Shown: piece after piece, positions 11,001 to 25,600 of the stretch
How positions within the stretch are numbered: position 1 is the stretch's first letter
Layout: the number at the start of each line of letters is the position of its first letter
Source of the DNA: Balanoglossus misakiensis
Lineage: Eukaryota > Animalia > Hemichordata
DNA: 64,000 bases
Reading direction: 5' to 3'
Assembly: GCA_040954595.2 (NCBI GenBank)
Contig: CM082584.2
Location: 11,932,775 to 11,996,774 of the forward strand
Position numbers and translations under genes: made by a program
The notes under the pieces: model-generated
Database searches by the model: none
What the model was told of the DNA's origin: nothing
What the model saw: only the letters and a program-made list of their open reading frames with translations

Positions 11001-14000
11001 ATACTGTATCAATGGCTATGCAACTTATAAGTCAAGATGTGTGGAAGAAGATGGCTTAACGAATCTGTTAAATGTTATTTTGTCGACGTGAGCACCAGCG
11101 TCTTCCACCTTGACATAACATATTGACTACGAAGCTATAAAAACTAAAGATATAATTTGTCTCGCGGCGATATATATATTAAAGCATTTGACTGACGTCA
11201 ACCTTAGGATATTCCCATGTTATACAATATTTGTGCAAAAACACAAGGCAATCATTGTCATGACACAGATGACTTTACGCATATTGCTCGTTCGGAAATA
11301 AGACGCCATAACTTTTTATGCGTTGCAAAACGGGATGGTATCAGATCAAAACAGCGGAAATTTCATACAATGAATCTGGGATTCGATAGACATTAAGGGT
11401 AGCCTTTAAATTGACACGTTAAAGATATTGCTGACAAGAATTGAGGGGCCTTTGTGTGAACTGTGTGTGGCGTGAATAGTGTATTGGTTTAGAACAGTAG
11501 AAAACATGCTATTCTTCGTCTTGTTGTAACTGGTGTAATGTAGAAGTGATAGTTTCTCTATCGGTAAGTCGGGAGACGACACGAAAAGTTTAATCAAACG
11601 ACGTGTCCACGTACCTTTGCCTGTTTACTCAATTCACACCGCTTTCCGTTCACAAGATTTTCCATGAAGGTTGTCTATTGTGACTGTTATTTCTTCATTA
11701 CGCGTGCATTGTAATTCACAAAGGGTGTTTGCTTAATTGTGAAAACAACACTGTTATCGCACATTACAATGTCGTCAAAAACAGAAAAGTGTTATTTGAT
11801 TTGCATAATTAGATGCAAAATGCACTCGAAAGTGTTTCCAAGACTGGGTCGGTTTAATTTTCTTTTCTTTTTGAGCGCCAAAGAGAAGTGTCACGTGGCC
11901 TGGGCGAAGTTTAAATGTGTTGGTTCGACACCAAGCCAGGAAAGAGGCAATCGGAATAAATTCCGGCGGCGAATAAAAACCATGTCGCATATATTGCCCA
12001 GTTGTTCGGGCTGTCATCACTAAACGTTATCAGGTGATGAGAATGTTAAGAACATTCCGAATGTAAAACATCGCAGCTAGGGTGGCACCACTTGTTTGAA
12101 AGCATACACGCGGAAACGTTAGAATACGTGTTCTGCATTAACGCCGGCTATTTAGGTGGCCTAAAATGTAATCTTCTGTGTTCGTTGACATGATATCCAC
12201 TTCTCACACAAAAGTACCGAGCAGTCGTGTGAATTCCCAACAGACTTCCTTAAAATTAGTTCATCGTTGTCTGGGCATCCGTGGTATACATTAGGTGCTC
12301 CGTCCGTGAGATGATATTTTTTTTATGAAAAAGATGCAGTCTTTTGTGTTTCACGACGAAACATAATACAGCCACGCCGTTTAATTGCAAAGCTGCTCAA
12401 ATGAACTAATTATGAACGCCTGGCATTTGAAATAATACGTAAAGTAACTGGCATTTTCCTTTATCGAGAAAAAATATTCTCCCAGGCTTCTCACATGGGG
12501 TTTGGTTGCCGTTAACTAAACTAGATGTTTTAAAAGGTTATACCCTCGTTTGCCGTCGGCGCTGTTTCTAAACGAGAACACAATTCTGTCTACGGTTGTC
12601 ACTGTTAGTTGGCCATAGCGTTAAACGTATACGTGTAAGACATACACATAGTAGTTGTGACATTTGGCGAAACTTGAAGTGATTTTGTTTTGTGGCAAGG
12701 TTGCTGCTCTCTCAAAGGAAGGCGTTTCGCCGTCCCGGCCGGGGCGTTCGAGATCTGGTTAAATATTTCAGCACGTTGAAAGAAAGGGCGTATGTATTGA
12801 ATACAAAGGAAGAAATTGTGTTGTATAGTGAGTACTACGTCAGCGGTGTTTGCGGTGGCATGTTAATCTTATGTGGGCTTTCATGCCCAAGGAGTCGCTA
12901 TGAATGATTAGAATCATAAATAAGCATCAATTTGTAATCAATACACATACAATCATATTTAGTGACCTGAAACATGCTTCCGATATTTAAAGTTTCATTT
13001 TCAGGCTGACAACTGACTTTGTGATTCCACACAGCATATATAGACAGGCGAAGTTCTTGTGACGGGCATTTCAACTGACATCGCGATGTGCATTTTTCAC
13101 AGTAAGACCGCAAGGTCAAAGGTCGGAGCAAAGTTGTCACTGCAAAGCCGCGCAGTACGGCGCAGGTGGAACGGATTATCAGTGGCTTAGCTTCAGAAGC
13201 AGTTCTCCAGTTAAGGGGGATTAGGCGTGTTTTCTCTCGCCCCGTTCGACGGGGGAATCGTGATTCAGTCCGTAAACACCATGGAGGAGACGCTATTGGT
13301 TATTGACTTTTCTTTTACGACTGACTGTGAAGTCGGCGCGGGGGCCAAGCTCCGTCAGAAAGATGTAGCCACGCCACTGAAATCCGGCTCCAGCCATCAA
13401 AGGCGATCAATTCAACGCACCCCGGAGTTCGAAGTCTGATGCATAATTGATAATATCGTTCTGATGCGGTCCTGTCAGATCGCATCAGTCAGCGGTTCCG
13501 CTGACTGTACTTGAGGCGACGCAAATTCTGCCACTTCCGAGAAGTCACAGATGCCAAACAGAGCGTGCAAAGTCACGTGGCGAAGTCGATGGTTTCGAAA
13601 CGTTCTCAAAGGTGTGGCACTAACACTACACGCATGTCCGGGTGTTTAGGCACAGTTTAAAAACCAGTTAGCGACCCACCGCTCCATCGATTATAATATA
13701 TCTTCAATTTAATTGAAATTACGAGTCAGTGAGTTTATTAAAGGTCCATTAGCTATAACACCCACAATTTACAGCTTTTACAAACCTACCAATGGTGGAA
13801 ATATGGCTAAACAATTTTCAACATTAGAGTAACATACTAATCAGAGACTAAAAAGAAATAACTCAGTAAAAGAGCCAAAATCTTGCATATGTCCAAAATA
13901 GGTTATTCGAAACATAAATAACCGACAGAAAATGCATGTTATACTTTAAGCCACAGAGAGTACTTGGGAAGGCTTTTGCGGTTTGAATGTCTGTCATCTT

Positions 14001-16644
14001 TATGCGTCGTGTCAGTTAAATACCTCCTAACATTTCATTATATAAGACTGCAGTACTCCCAATGTGGCCACAATGCTGAGCTATGGCACATGTTGTCTTT
14101 CTTGTGGCAAAAAAGTAGAATTAGATGTTTAACAAAGATGTTTGACGTCGAAAAAGAAACATCCACGACATGCATTTACTTCATTCTCTCTGAAGGTCAT
14201 AAATATTGATTACTTGACGGGACAGAAGAACATTAAAGGATTTCGTTTCTCAGCAATGAAGTCATTTCAATTTAACTGAGAAAAATTGTCTTGAGAATCA
14301 ATGAGGAAAATACGGTTATGTCAAGCGGCCAAGTGAGTTGTCTGCTCTCTAACTGAGTGGGCACATCTTTTGACGGCAGATCTTGTAATTCATGTCTCAA
14401 TTGCTTTCAATTAGAAATTAAATCATAGATTGAATGGCGACATACAAATGGGATTTTTTTGCTTGTCTATTAAGGAACCGAAAGTTTAGGGGTAAGCGAG
14501 GTCGGGATTTCTTCGACTGGGACGTCAATCAGAAGGTTTTTTTTTCTCGACGCGGTGTAAATTCCCCCCGTTTGTTTATGCTGTCCACCGAAAACCAAAT
14601 CCGGGGATTTCTTCGCCGCTGGCAGTGCTCGAAGGTCACGCCTTCTGCGTCCGCGCGGCGCTGACGCACGCACCCTGGTCGCGTCGTGGTTCTCCGCGTG
14701 GAATATAAATCACGACTCGGTCCACGTTTAGTAATTCTTAACTAAACCATTACAGTCGCACGCCACCTGGTCATTATGACCTGCAGATTAAAAAGTCGTT
14801 ATATTTTTATACACGATAAGTAACGCTACACGATATACTATCATCAAAGCTGTAATTAGAGATAAGTCTGATAAGTCCATTGAATTTATCATTCGGAAGT
14901 ATTACTTCTGGCATTAAGACCTGTTCTGTTTCACTCTGAAAGTTTAAATGTTAATCTTTCAAATAAGGCATCATTTATTTAATTTATTTCATGCACGCAA
15001 CAAATGCCTTCATAATTCGACTTGGATATTTTGCTGTTTTCCCTACTGAACCTTCTTTCACTTTGCATTGTGGGATAGCGGGCTGCTGTATACATTTGCT
15101 TAATAACGGCGATGACAGGGATTGGCTTACAGGTCCCAGGTTTTGTAGTTTTAGCCGCGAGTGAAAACGATCAAATTCCAGAAAAGGGGTGTCTGAAGTG
15201 GCAAATGAGTTCAATTAAACTTTTGTCTGGGAGACCTGTCAGCGTTAAGTAAAGGTCGAATGTTTGGTCCCCTCGGCAGTGTTGCTTGGTGAGGTACGGT
15301 AATGAGAAAAGGAAACTGTCTCATCCGAAGTTGGTTAGTATTTCTGAGTACTGCGTCGTTTGAAAGCTACCACGAAAAGCAACCCTCTTTTCTTCCATTG
15401 AAAAGCGTCGACATAAAAGACCGAAATGAAGTTCTTCAATCCTGACGTGGGCCAACGTCCCAGGCAAAACAAACTGAGCGCACTATACATAATTCTTTCT
15501 CCAGGATTTGAATACATTCCCGTTAAACAGTTTATTCTGCGCGACGTTACAAATTTAAGTGTAAATAAGACTGGGGTCAAATAGAGAAGTGAATTAAATT
15601 AAATTGTCTCAAATGACGTTGAACTCTAATACGCACTCTGTTAAATTAATAAACCGGGTGTCAACACCTTCAATGTCAAATGCTTCGGAATTTGAAAATT
15701 GACGGGTCTGTGATAGATCGGACTGCGTCGTTCGTGCGCTTCTAAAACCGACTGTGTTTAGTTTAAACTCGACTCGTCACGCTCAGGCAAATTAAAGTGC
15801 AAATGTCGCTTTACTCCATTCATTTGCTTTTGCAGATCACGTGTGATTTCTTTCCTGTGACAAACAAGGCAAAGCAAGTCTCAGTTTCATTTGCTGACTT
15901 TTAAACGTTTTGACTTTTCTTCTTGTCGGTTACTGCCCGCGGTCTTTCTATCTTCTCTGTAGTGATAGTGCTGCCGACCCTTTTGGAAAACATTATTCGA
16001 CTCTCAGTGAAAAGCATAATTCAGGAAATAGAATGAAGGTCCCGTAGGATTTTGTGCACAGGAAACGCGAGACCCGTGGCAGTCTTAAGCGTTTATCCAT
16101 AGATCGCATATATCCATGACTCGATTGCGAGTCTGATTTAAACTTTGATATATTATCGATTCTATTTTAATTGCTCGCATCGGAAACACTTGTCCCACAG
16201 GCACGCAGAATACAGATTGTGTCGGTTATGTGAACGGACTTTTAAAAATATGAAATAGTTCAACAATATTGCCAAGCACACTCGAAGAACAACTTTAATC
16301 TAGTTTTGACGACTGTCAGTTGCAATATCTTGCCTTTGAAGTTTGAACAATCACGGAATAATTGACACACTGGCAGCACTTTCCGGCATGATAGATGACT
16401 CGTCAAGGTGTATCGTCTGCAATAATGCTGACGTAGCTTGTAGTAGCAGAGTGGTCGTTCTCAACACCCGAGCAGGAGATTCGTAATTCTCTCTTGCTTC
16501 TGTCCAAGGTTTGCATCCTCGCTTAACGCTTCTTCGTACGCAACAGCTATTCATCCATAGAGAAAATCGTCTCTTTTGGACCCATTATCTAGAAGTTCAC
16601 ACAATTTAATACAATTTCATCATTTTTTCTTTCACACGACACAG

Positions 16645-19600
16645 ATGCCTCGTCAAGCATAGATCAGTACCGCCTTGTGCAACACCTCTTCAAAAACTAC
16701 TCTTCCGAAATCAGACCTGTGATAGAAAAAACAACAGTGACGAGGATAACGGTGAGATTTTTTGTCTCCAAGATCCTGGAAATGGTAAGTTTGCCATTCT
16801 TTCTACCTTAAATAACGTTTTAATCGTGCTAGGGGGTCAAATCATGCCATGTCATGCAAGGAGCGATTATTATTTTTTTCCCTTTATGATGCTTCATCCC
16901 AACATAAATCACGTTGGACAAATACAATCAAAGCAGGCAAAGTCAACAAAGTAGAGCCCGCTTTCGAAAATAGAACATAATTTTGAATAAGTCGAACAGA
17001 AGACGGCAGTTTCACGAGTCACTTCAGCGTGCCATGCACGTGTAGTATTTCCGATCAAGTGTGACGTATGTGTTTCTAGCGTGAGATGAATTTCAAAAAT
17101 ATTCTGATGATTTTTACGCGGTGCATTGACCCTGTCGGCGATGGTAGTTTGCTTTGAGTGTATTGTTAGGGAAATAGACCAGGGCCAGGCAGCTATTTGC
17201 AGAAAGGATAGCATTTAACATTCATCAGGGATGGAAATTCTGACACAATAGGACGACATAATACAGCTATCTCATTGGCTAACCGACTGACTGCACTGGT
17301 CCAGGTGCACATATTGATCTGCCACGCTGTACGGTGCATGCGCATGTCACTGCGTTTTAGTCACGCCACCCGCATGGACGTACACTCGGATATCTCCGCC
17401 ACAGAGTTTTCCAAGCGAAATGGAACGGTTTTGCTCTCAGTTTGACAACCCGATACCACTGGATGACGGAGAAGATTTTAAACTAGCGGCAAAACGGGAA
17501 GATGAAAGATTCCAGGCTTCCATGGACCGTAAAGATTTGACTGAAATACGGAGATCTCGCGCACTGCAAAATACACGCAAGTCTAACAGGTGGGGCATGT
17601 TTGTGTGGGATGAATTGGGACGAGAGCTGAAAATCATTGTGTTTCCTAAAGCAAGCAAGTCGCTATGATTCACACAGGGTCAAATCTCGTCTTTCCTTCT
17701 GAGGGAAAATTTCATTGTATCTTTAACTACGCGACAAAACATAATGTTTCACGCTGTTGTTTCTCCGGAGATGGCTTTTGTTTGAAAGTTTAGAGAGGCG
17801 AGCATGGTCGTTACTAGCCTCTGCTGTTACGGTCATCAGCTTGACGTCACCAATCGTGCAACCTTTTGCATTTGGAGATGGTGCGTCATTTACACGTCCC
17901 ATGGATCGATAGATACATCAATTCATTGATCAGTAGCAAAGCCGCCTCTCGCCTGTGTATCGCCTATTCTGTCATCCAACTGACATACCACGCATATCAA
18001 TTGATAACAGTTAACCAACTCACCCAAATCAATGTAATTTTTTTCCGGGGATATTGACTATTGGTCGTAAAAGTTAGAAATTGGGCGTCGATGTTATCAA
18101 TCAGAGTAAAAATTCTTTTTGGCGTGGTGTTGAACTGAACACTCCATTTGCCCTAATGGACGCACCTTTCCACTGCCTGTAGGCCATGCAGCGATACGTC
18201 ATTTAATATTTGCGTCTCACGTTGTTTTCGACTGTTTTCACCAATTAGCATGGCGCAGTGCCCAGCAGCGCTCGTTTGATCATGATACACTCCACGATTC
18301 AGAAACAAGAAGCGTCACGTTCAACCTAAGATTAACATCATTCTATAACTTCTCCCGTGTACATTCATGGTGTATTTTGCTCACGTCAAATTTAGATTAT
18401 TCGCTCTTAAACTTGAGAATAAAAATTGGGAGTTATCTTGCACAATTTTGAATGAGACAGCTGAGTTGTGAAATTCAAAATGGCCGCCGATCCCTTTGTT
18501 ATGTCAATGGGGACAATTTAAAGTGGCGATACTCATGAATAAGACTTTGAACACGCTTTTGTTTCAAAAACACACCTCATGCACACGGTGTGGAGTACGA
18601 TCAGTTTTCCGCAAATCTTCTCCCGAGGTGCGTACTACATGTACTTTAAAGGGGAACACGCCAAATTTATCAGTTGAAATCACCGAAGGAATAAAATAGC
18701 GCTGACATCAAAAGAAAACATGGCGTATATATCACACATGTATAAACTGCTGTCATATGCTATCAGCTTTAAATAGTTCACAATATATTGCAGGAAGCCA
18801 CTTAAAATCAGACGTGGCATTTTCACGGGATACTTTTAAGCTGCCATCTGTCTTAGCTAATGGTTTCTCCTCATTAATTGTGTGCGCGTCGTTGATCAGG
18901 AGCAATCCCTGTGACTTTTGGATAGCAAAATTTTTATATAATTTGTTGATAGAAATTGATAAATGTGTTGCATTTTACTCTCAGAGAAGGATTTAAGCGT
19001 AATCGTTTACTGTATTCAACTTGTTGGTAGTAGAACTGCAGGGACTCCCTAATTTTGTCATAAACTACACTTGTGTCTCTATAACCAGCCTGTGTGCGCA
19101 AAAAGAGGCGTGACCAGGTGGCATACATTAGTTTGCCTGGCAGGACCGCAGTTTCCACCATCTTAAATCACTCTTGTCGACGAGATTTTAAAGCACTAAC
19201 TCCCGCCATGGACCATTTCACTTTTGTGGCCGTTGTTCGTGTTTTCCCCGAACACTATCGGTCAGGCGCACCACGCCACTCGATGCAGACAGAATAGATG
19301 GAACAATCCTGTCCAGACTGTCGCGGCGTTCCAAATCTCCGCTCGATCCTAAATTATACACTTTCTAATCACAGTTTGTCTTCTGCGGGACAATATTGGC
19401 ACAGGCGGTGACGCGTGCGCGTTCTCCAAGTGACGTTTGTTTTGAACTTTAGAGCAAAAGCAATTACGGCGCATGCTTTGTTTGATTCCAATACTGTCCA
19501 AGACTGAACAGCCGATAGATTAGACAGTCGCTCAAGAAGAACAGACAATCTAGTTCCTTTGATAATAGTATAGAAGACAGACGCCATATTGACTAAATAC

Positions 19601-22600
19601 AATGGGACATTATAAAACAATCGTGTATACAAATGTTTTAAAGACAATGCAGTTTTGCCTGTTCTTACCGAATTGCAAATGTCATCGTCTCAGATTTTGT
19701 GCGTTTTTTCAAATAAGAGTGAATCTGAAGAAAGTCGTAACACAAAACAAAATCCCTGGAAATTGCTCAAACTTTACAATGTCACGCATGTGGGTATTTA
19801 ATCCTTGCATGTCGCCGCAGCAATAAGACCGTAAATCGTTGTGAAATGACAAACGACTCAATGGACTGGCGTCGTCCAATCTAATGATTATATCTTATCG
19901 CGCGCGTTCCGACATAAGAAGAGAAAACTTTGATAAAGTAAAATCGGTGATTATGACGTACTATCAACACTTCGTCGTTAAGATTTCAGCTGCAGACACG
20001 CGTGATTTGTACCGTTCAAGCAGAACACAGCCCTGACTATAGAGCGATGCCCGGACAGTTGGCTTTGTTGTTTGTAGTGCCTGATATTGCACCATTCCCC
20101 CACAACGCGTTTGCCCTTTTGAAGTTTGCTTATGTGGCGAGATTGAAGAATGAGGTCGGTAGCCCAGCCCGTTGAGGGAACTTTTGCCTCCGATAGCAGT
20201 ATCACTAACACGAACCAATACGCAATTTTGACACTGTTCAATCCATGTTTCTATTTTGGTAACTTCTGGTGGTAATTCAATCAGGGAAATTTTAAGAGAT
20301 AAATTCTCAGTATCGCTTTTATTTTTAGTGGAGAGTGCATCATAGCAAATTCAGTGACGTATGTTTGATCGTGTTTTATTCTCTAAGTGATCTCCTATTG
20401 GTGGAATCTCGGCTAACCTTTTTTGACTGCACTTGCAAAACCAAATAAGTTAGATCTGCCGTGAGGTAATGAGTCTCTGGCGATTTGTGGTTAAAGACAT
20501 AATTGCTTCGGGGAAATCGCCTATCATCCCCGGTGCATAGAAAAGAGCACTTCAACTGAAAAAATGACTATTGCTTTAATGACGTCGAGCGGATGGCAAA
20601 CGTTGATTGAGAACAAACTTCCACTGTTTACCACAGGGCCCCCTGACTGTGATCTCACGTATATGTACTAGTATATTGGCGAGTTGGTTCCAAAATTGGA
20701 TCCCGATAGTTTGCATAGGCGGCAAATGTTGAAACCTCCTGGACGAGAGGCTATGCAGACACAAGCTTGACAAAGATGCTATAGCATGCGTGATTGCGTT
20801 GCCTGGGCAACGGAAGCGCTGTCGCTTGATTGATAAAATATGAGTCTTGGGAGGGCAGATATAATGGGATTTTGGGTATTGAAGCTTTTTTGTTTTTGTT
20901 TTTTACTACAGGATGAAAAACAACAGACGCTGAAGGTGAACTCTTGGTTGACACTGGTGAGTTTAATGAACTATAAAACGTTATTATACAGCACATTATA
21001 CTTAGACGAACGCCGGGAAGGCGCCTTATTTGCATATTTTGTGTTTGTCTGTCGTACCAACAAAGGGACGCGAGACTGGGGTTGCAAATACAAATTATTG
21101 TCAGTGTGACAATAAGTCAATTCACTAGAAATTATTATAGTTTGCTTTCCAATAAACGTCAGTGTTTCCGACTTTACATTTTTTCCGCCTTCAGCAGAAA
21201 TCAATTTTATGATACCATTTTAATGACTATTGCAGCAGACAGCATACTGTCTAATATTCTCTTGCGTCACATATGTAAATTACTGATTTTTTTCTCATAA
21301 CGAGAGCGTACCCACAAATACTTTTCTTCGGCAAACTGCTGTCTGTAATATCCACCACTTTTTATCCATGACTTGACCTTCCGAATAACTGAATGTATAT
21401 AGTATAGACACATGTGATGTGACACGTTGTCTTTATTTTCTAGATTAGCGCGATCTTTACTCCCTAATAGTGATTCAATGGCCCGGGACACTCGATCACT
21501 CAGCTGGGCAATCAGAAAAACGCGTCAAATTATAGGGAGCTCTTAACGCTGTTCTTTGTCACATAATCCTATAAACTCGTCGACTCTCTTTCCGTAAAAG
21601 AGGTAACGCTTCTTTCTACGCATCTGGCCAACGGAGACATTTTAACGGGACTCGTCTCAAAAGCTTCATGCCCCCTTTTCTGAAATCCCCTTCGCACCTG
21701 TCGCAAAAAATCGACCGACCAGTTAAAGCCTGGTCGCAACACTGCATGGTTTTAAATCAACGCACCGCTTGGTTGTTCCTATTCAGCTGCGACCGCACAT
21801 CAAATCCTCTACAAAGTCGTCGATAAATCAAAGGATTTGGTGTTTTATTCGAGATAATGAACTCGGACATTGTTTTTCATTTGCCTGCGTCAGCAGTAAC
21901 CTTTCAGGGGTCTGTGTACTGCTTGCAGATACGAGCGGCACCGCCAATTATTTGTGCGTTTTATTGCGTGCTGTAACTCACTGAAGAAAATGGATTCCAT
22001 AAATATAGTTTAATCCCTGACATACTTTGAGAAATTTGCTGGATTATCGTCGTGCAGAATTCCGTTTTAAAAATTACCTATATCAGACATGGACTGTTTA
22101 GCGAAAACGTTTGCTGTGACATCGCTATTCAACTTTATTTTCAATAAATTACGCGCACTTTACTAAAAAAAAACTAAACGGTATAGGCCTAATATAGATC
22201 GTGACGGTATATAATATAATAACGCAAAACCACAAACATGTTCGAATATACCGTAAATCATTCATGAATAAAATGCCTATTATATTCGTTTCTCTAAATA
22301 AATGACCAGTTGCCTAGAGTCATTTAAAGAAAAAATAACATTATCTTGTACACACGATGACCTTCAGGACAAAGGTCAGTACAAGAGAACGATCAACGTC
22401 TTCCGTATATTGAATTGGTCCATTTAATTAATTGACATATCGTTTGACCTTGTGAAATTATAAGATTAAGTGTCTCGACCTGGCAATTTCTTTCTTCTCC
22501 GCAGAACTTCGCTAGTTTGTCATGTGTGTTCTTTCTGAGTTCAAAGAACGTTTAATCAAAGGTTAGGCGGATTACACAAGAGGGCAACGCGAGTCTAATG

Positions 22601-25600
22601 TTTTTGCTTATCGAGCGGAAACTAAAAAGGGTGCAACAGCTTGAGAAATCTATACTAGCAGAATGGAAATACATCGCCTTTTATAACCCACTTGCCTCTG
22701 TCAGATAGAAATCCAGATGGCGGTAATTTACACTGGCATTGTAAAAGGGTGGCATTTTCTTGCCACCGGGGAATTTATTTCCTCCAGTTCTACAAAGGCG
22801 CCGAAATCCAGTGAGGGCCACACAGTCGACAATATTCAAAATTGATGGAAAACCTTGAATGCGTCGTTTAAATGGACCGCATTGTCACTTACACCTTTCG
22901 ATAATGCGCGTGTGTTGGTTAGCTCATGCGAAGCAAATTCAATTTCTTTGACAAGGGTGCGATTGATCAGAAAATCGAAATCGCCCTTCCCCAAACGCGC
23001 TTAATATTACGAGGGTAGGTGTAACCTTTCATGGACATTGTCAACTATTGCGATATTCGTTGTAAAAATCGTGATCTTTAAGGTAGATGACTTCCCACAC
23101 GCAGTGCGTGGTTATCAAATTCCATAGCCTTACATGTAGAATTTTGTTAACTTTCTGAAAGATTCCACCGTATTGGATCGCACCGCAAAAGAAATCAAAA
23201 TGCATGTGTACGCCCGCTTAATCCCCCCGCCTTTGTGCCGATCGCGAGAGTCTAATCGCTTTAGGCTAGCCAGATAATTGGTTCTCTACAACAGACGGGC
23301 GGAAGGACGCATGTCAATCTGTCAGACCGATCGTCCATGCAGACAGACCGATGATAGTATGCGGTTTTGAATTATCACTGAAAATCACTATTCGTGGAAT
23401 TAGTTGACTAAGTTGTTAGCAAAGATTTAGTGTAGAGGAGTACCGCAAGTACATTGTCAGTGATGCGGTCTTAGGTCTCATAAATAAGCAGGCATTTCAC
23501 ATTGAATGTGGAAAACGGCCAGTGTCGACCGACCGAATAATCGCCGTGGGTGTTGCCGACTAAGACTTAATCCTTTCCACAAGACCCTGGCCGTGCCTTT
23601 GCATAATAATGTAGCGTAGTTTGACCGAGGTTTCCTTCACTTGTATCTCTCCATTGAATCTGCAAAGTTATCACGAATCAAATCAGAAACTATACTTCGT
23701 CTTTAGAACAACACGTCTGGCTGGGAGTCCTTGCTGGGGAAATCTGGGTAATGTCCCCGGATAACCAATTATGTTAATTCTAGCTGCTAAAACCAGAAGA
23801 ATCTCGTCAGAGTCGGATATTAAACCGCCATGAATAATTTGGAGACAGTTGGCCTTTAAATTCCTCTCGTGGAAACCATTGTCATTCTATGTGGATGATG
23901 ACGCACTTCCGTCGTGAAACCAGTTGGTGCATAAAAGTATAACGTCACCAAATGGTGTCGTGTCACAATCAAGGTGTCGCTTTCGGATAAAAAGAAGCCT
24001 GTAATTCCTGTCCATTGACATCCATGTTACATTAGCATTTAATACCTCGTGGGATTTCTGAAATAAGGGTTATCACCATAGGATTTGTTTCATAAGTACA
24101 TGTACTTATGTAATAATGAGCAGAAAATTTATACTTGCCCTTCTTGGGCCACTGTAATATCCACAGGAACAGATTAAGTTTGCAAATAAGCAGGAATATT
24201 TGTTGGAAAACAACATTTTTATGCCATCAAATTCTGTATAAGTTAATTCTCTGCTTGTTTTATCATTAGTGCTTTTTACAAGTTAAACATATTATAGTCT
24301 ACATCAATAAATAAAACAATGTCGTAAAACTAGTAAATGTTTAAATGCGTCAACATCTGTATTGGCGACGCGCGCGCGCTAACTCAATTTCATCAACTGA
24401 GAAAGGCATTCATAAAATATTAAAAAAACTCACAGACCTTGGTCATAAATCTTTCAGACAATGTCAACTGACAGTGTTCACATAAAACAACGACGTTGAA
24501 TATTCATTTGCTTCGTTTTACGGGTGTTTTCCTCGCGATGCCCATGATTTTGACCCGATTCGGCGCGTGATGCAGCATTTTTACCTCACGGGCGATATAA
24601 CTCTCTTCAAAACTAACTAACTTATTCAGAGCGTGGACAGCTATGATTCATAACATTATAAAATATACTTCATCTTTTATAGTTTTGTTCCCAAAAGGGA
24701 CAACTGAATTAACCCTGAGTGTCCCCTGTTGACATTTGATATTCATTGATACAGAAGTTTCAAAAAACGAAGCAGGCTGTGGCGTGATTGACTTCACGTT
24801 GCCTTGCATAAAATATCGATCCGGCGTCTCTTTACTGTCAATTTTAGAAAGTGTGGTACTTTAAACCGTGTATAAGGAGCGGAAACCGAACACTATTGAA
24901 TAACAATATCGCCGTATACACGTCTAGGGGCATTATTTCCAAAACGGCCGTAATAACCAAATCGCTTGTAACTATATATTTCAGTATTTTATAGCTATTT
25001 CATTATGATATTCCCGCTTAAAGCAGACTATTGAAGAACCCAATGAAAGATAACCATTCCCATGCACAAGACGGTCTTGCGCAGTGCAATGCAGGGTGGT
25101 TAGTCATTGTTTTCAAAATCAGTAAATAACGCCTCGAAACATATCATAGGATTTCTCCGTTGTTAAAATTGCATTATGACCTTGAGATTGGACATGAGCT
25201 CACTGCAAGACTGGCCATTAGAGTTTTTACACTGATTACATTACTGATACTGTGTTATTGACATTTTTCTAAGGCGAGAGTAATAGCTCCGCGAGGGAAG
25301 AAATTTTATGTACCGGATTTGTGTCACGTATACGAAAAAGTGCATTGTTCGAATATGAGCTAATGACTGTTGCCAAAGGCGGCTTCTATAATAAACCAAT
25401 CGTAATGCGACAAATGTTGAGAGAGAGAAGTACTAGGGCTACCAAGCGACCGATGGTCACCATGGCGATGGCCCCAATGGCGCCAAACACAGATACGGGG
25501 ATCTTTGAAGTGGTAAAGTGGCATTTACTTATCAAGTAAATTCTAGAAATAACATAGCAGCCAATAGGTGATGTAAACAAATTATAACGCCTAAATTATA

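Noticed and set aside
13738-13950. TTAA-AGG...CT-TTAA segment as a T2/Kolobok-type MITE
   Set aside because: The termini match too weakly and there is no second copy in the window.
19978-20241. Minus-strand ORF with a signal-peptide-like start (KIAYWFVLVILLSEA) inside a receptor intron
   Set aside because: No in-frame ATG, no recognisable domain and no splice support; probably chance.
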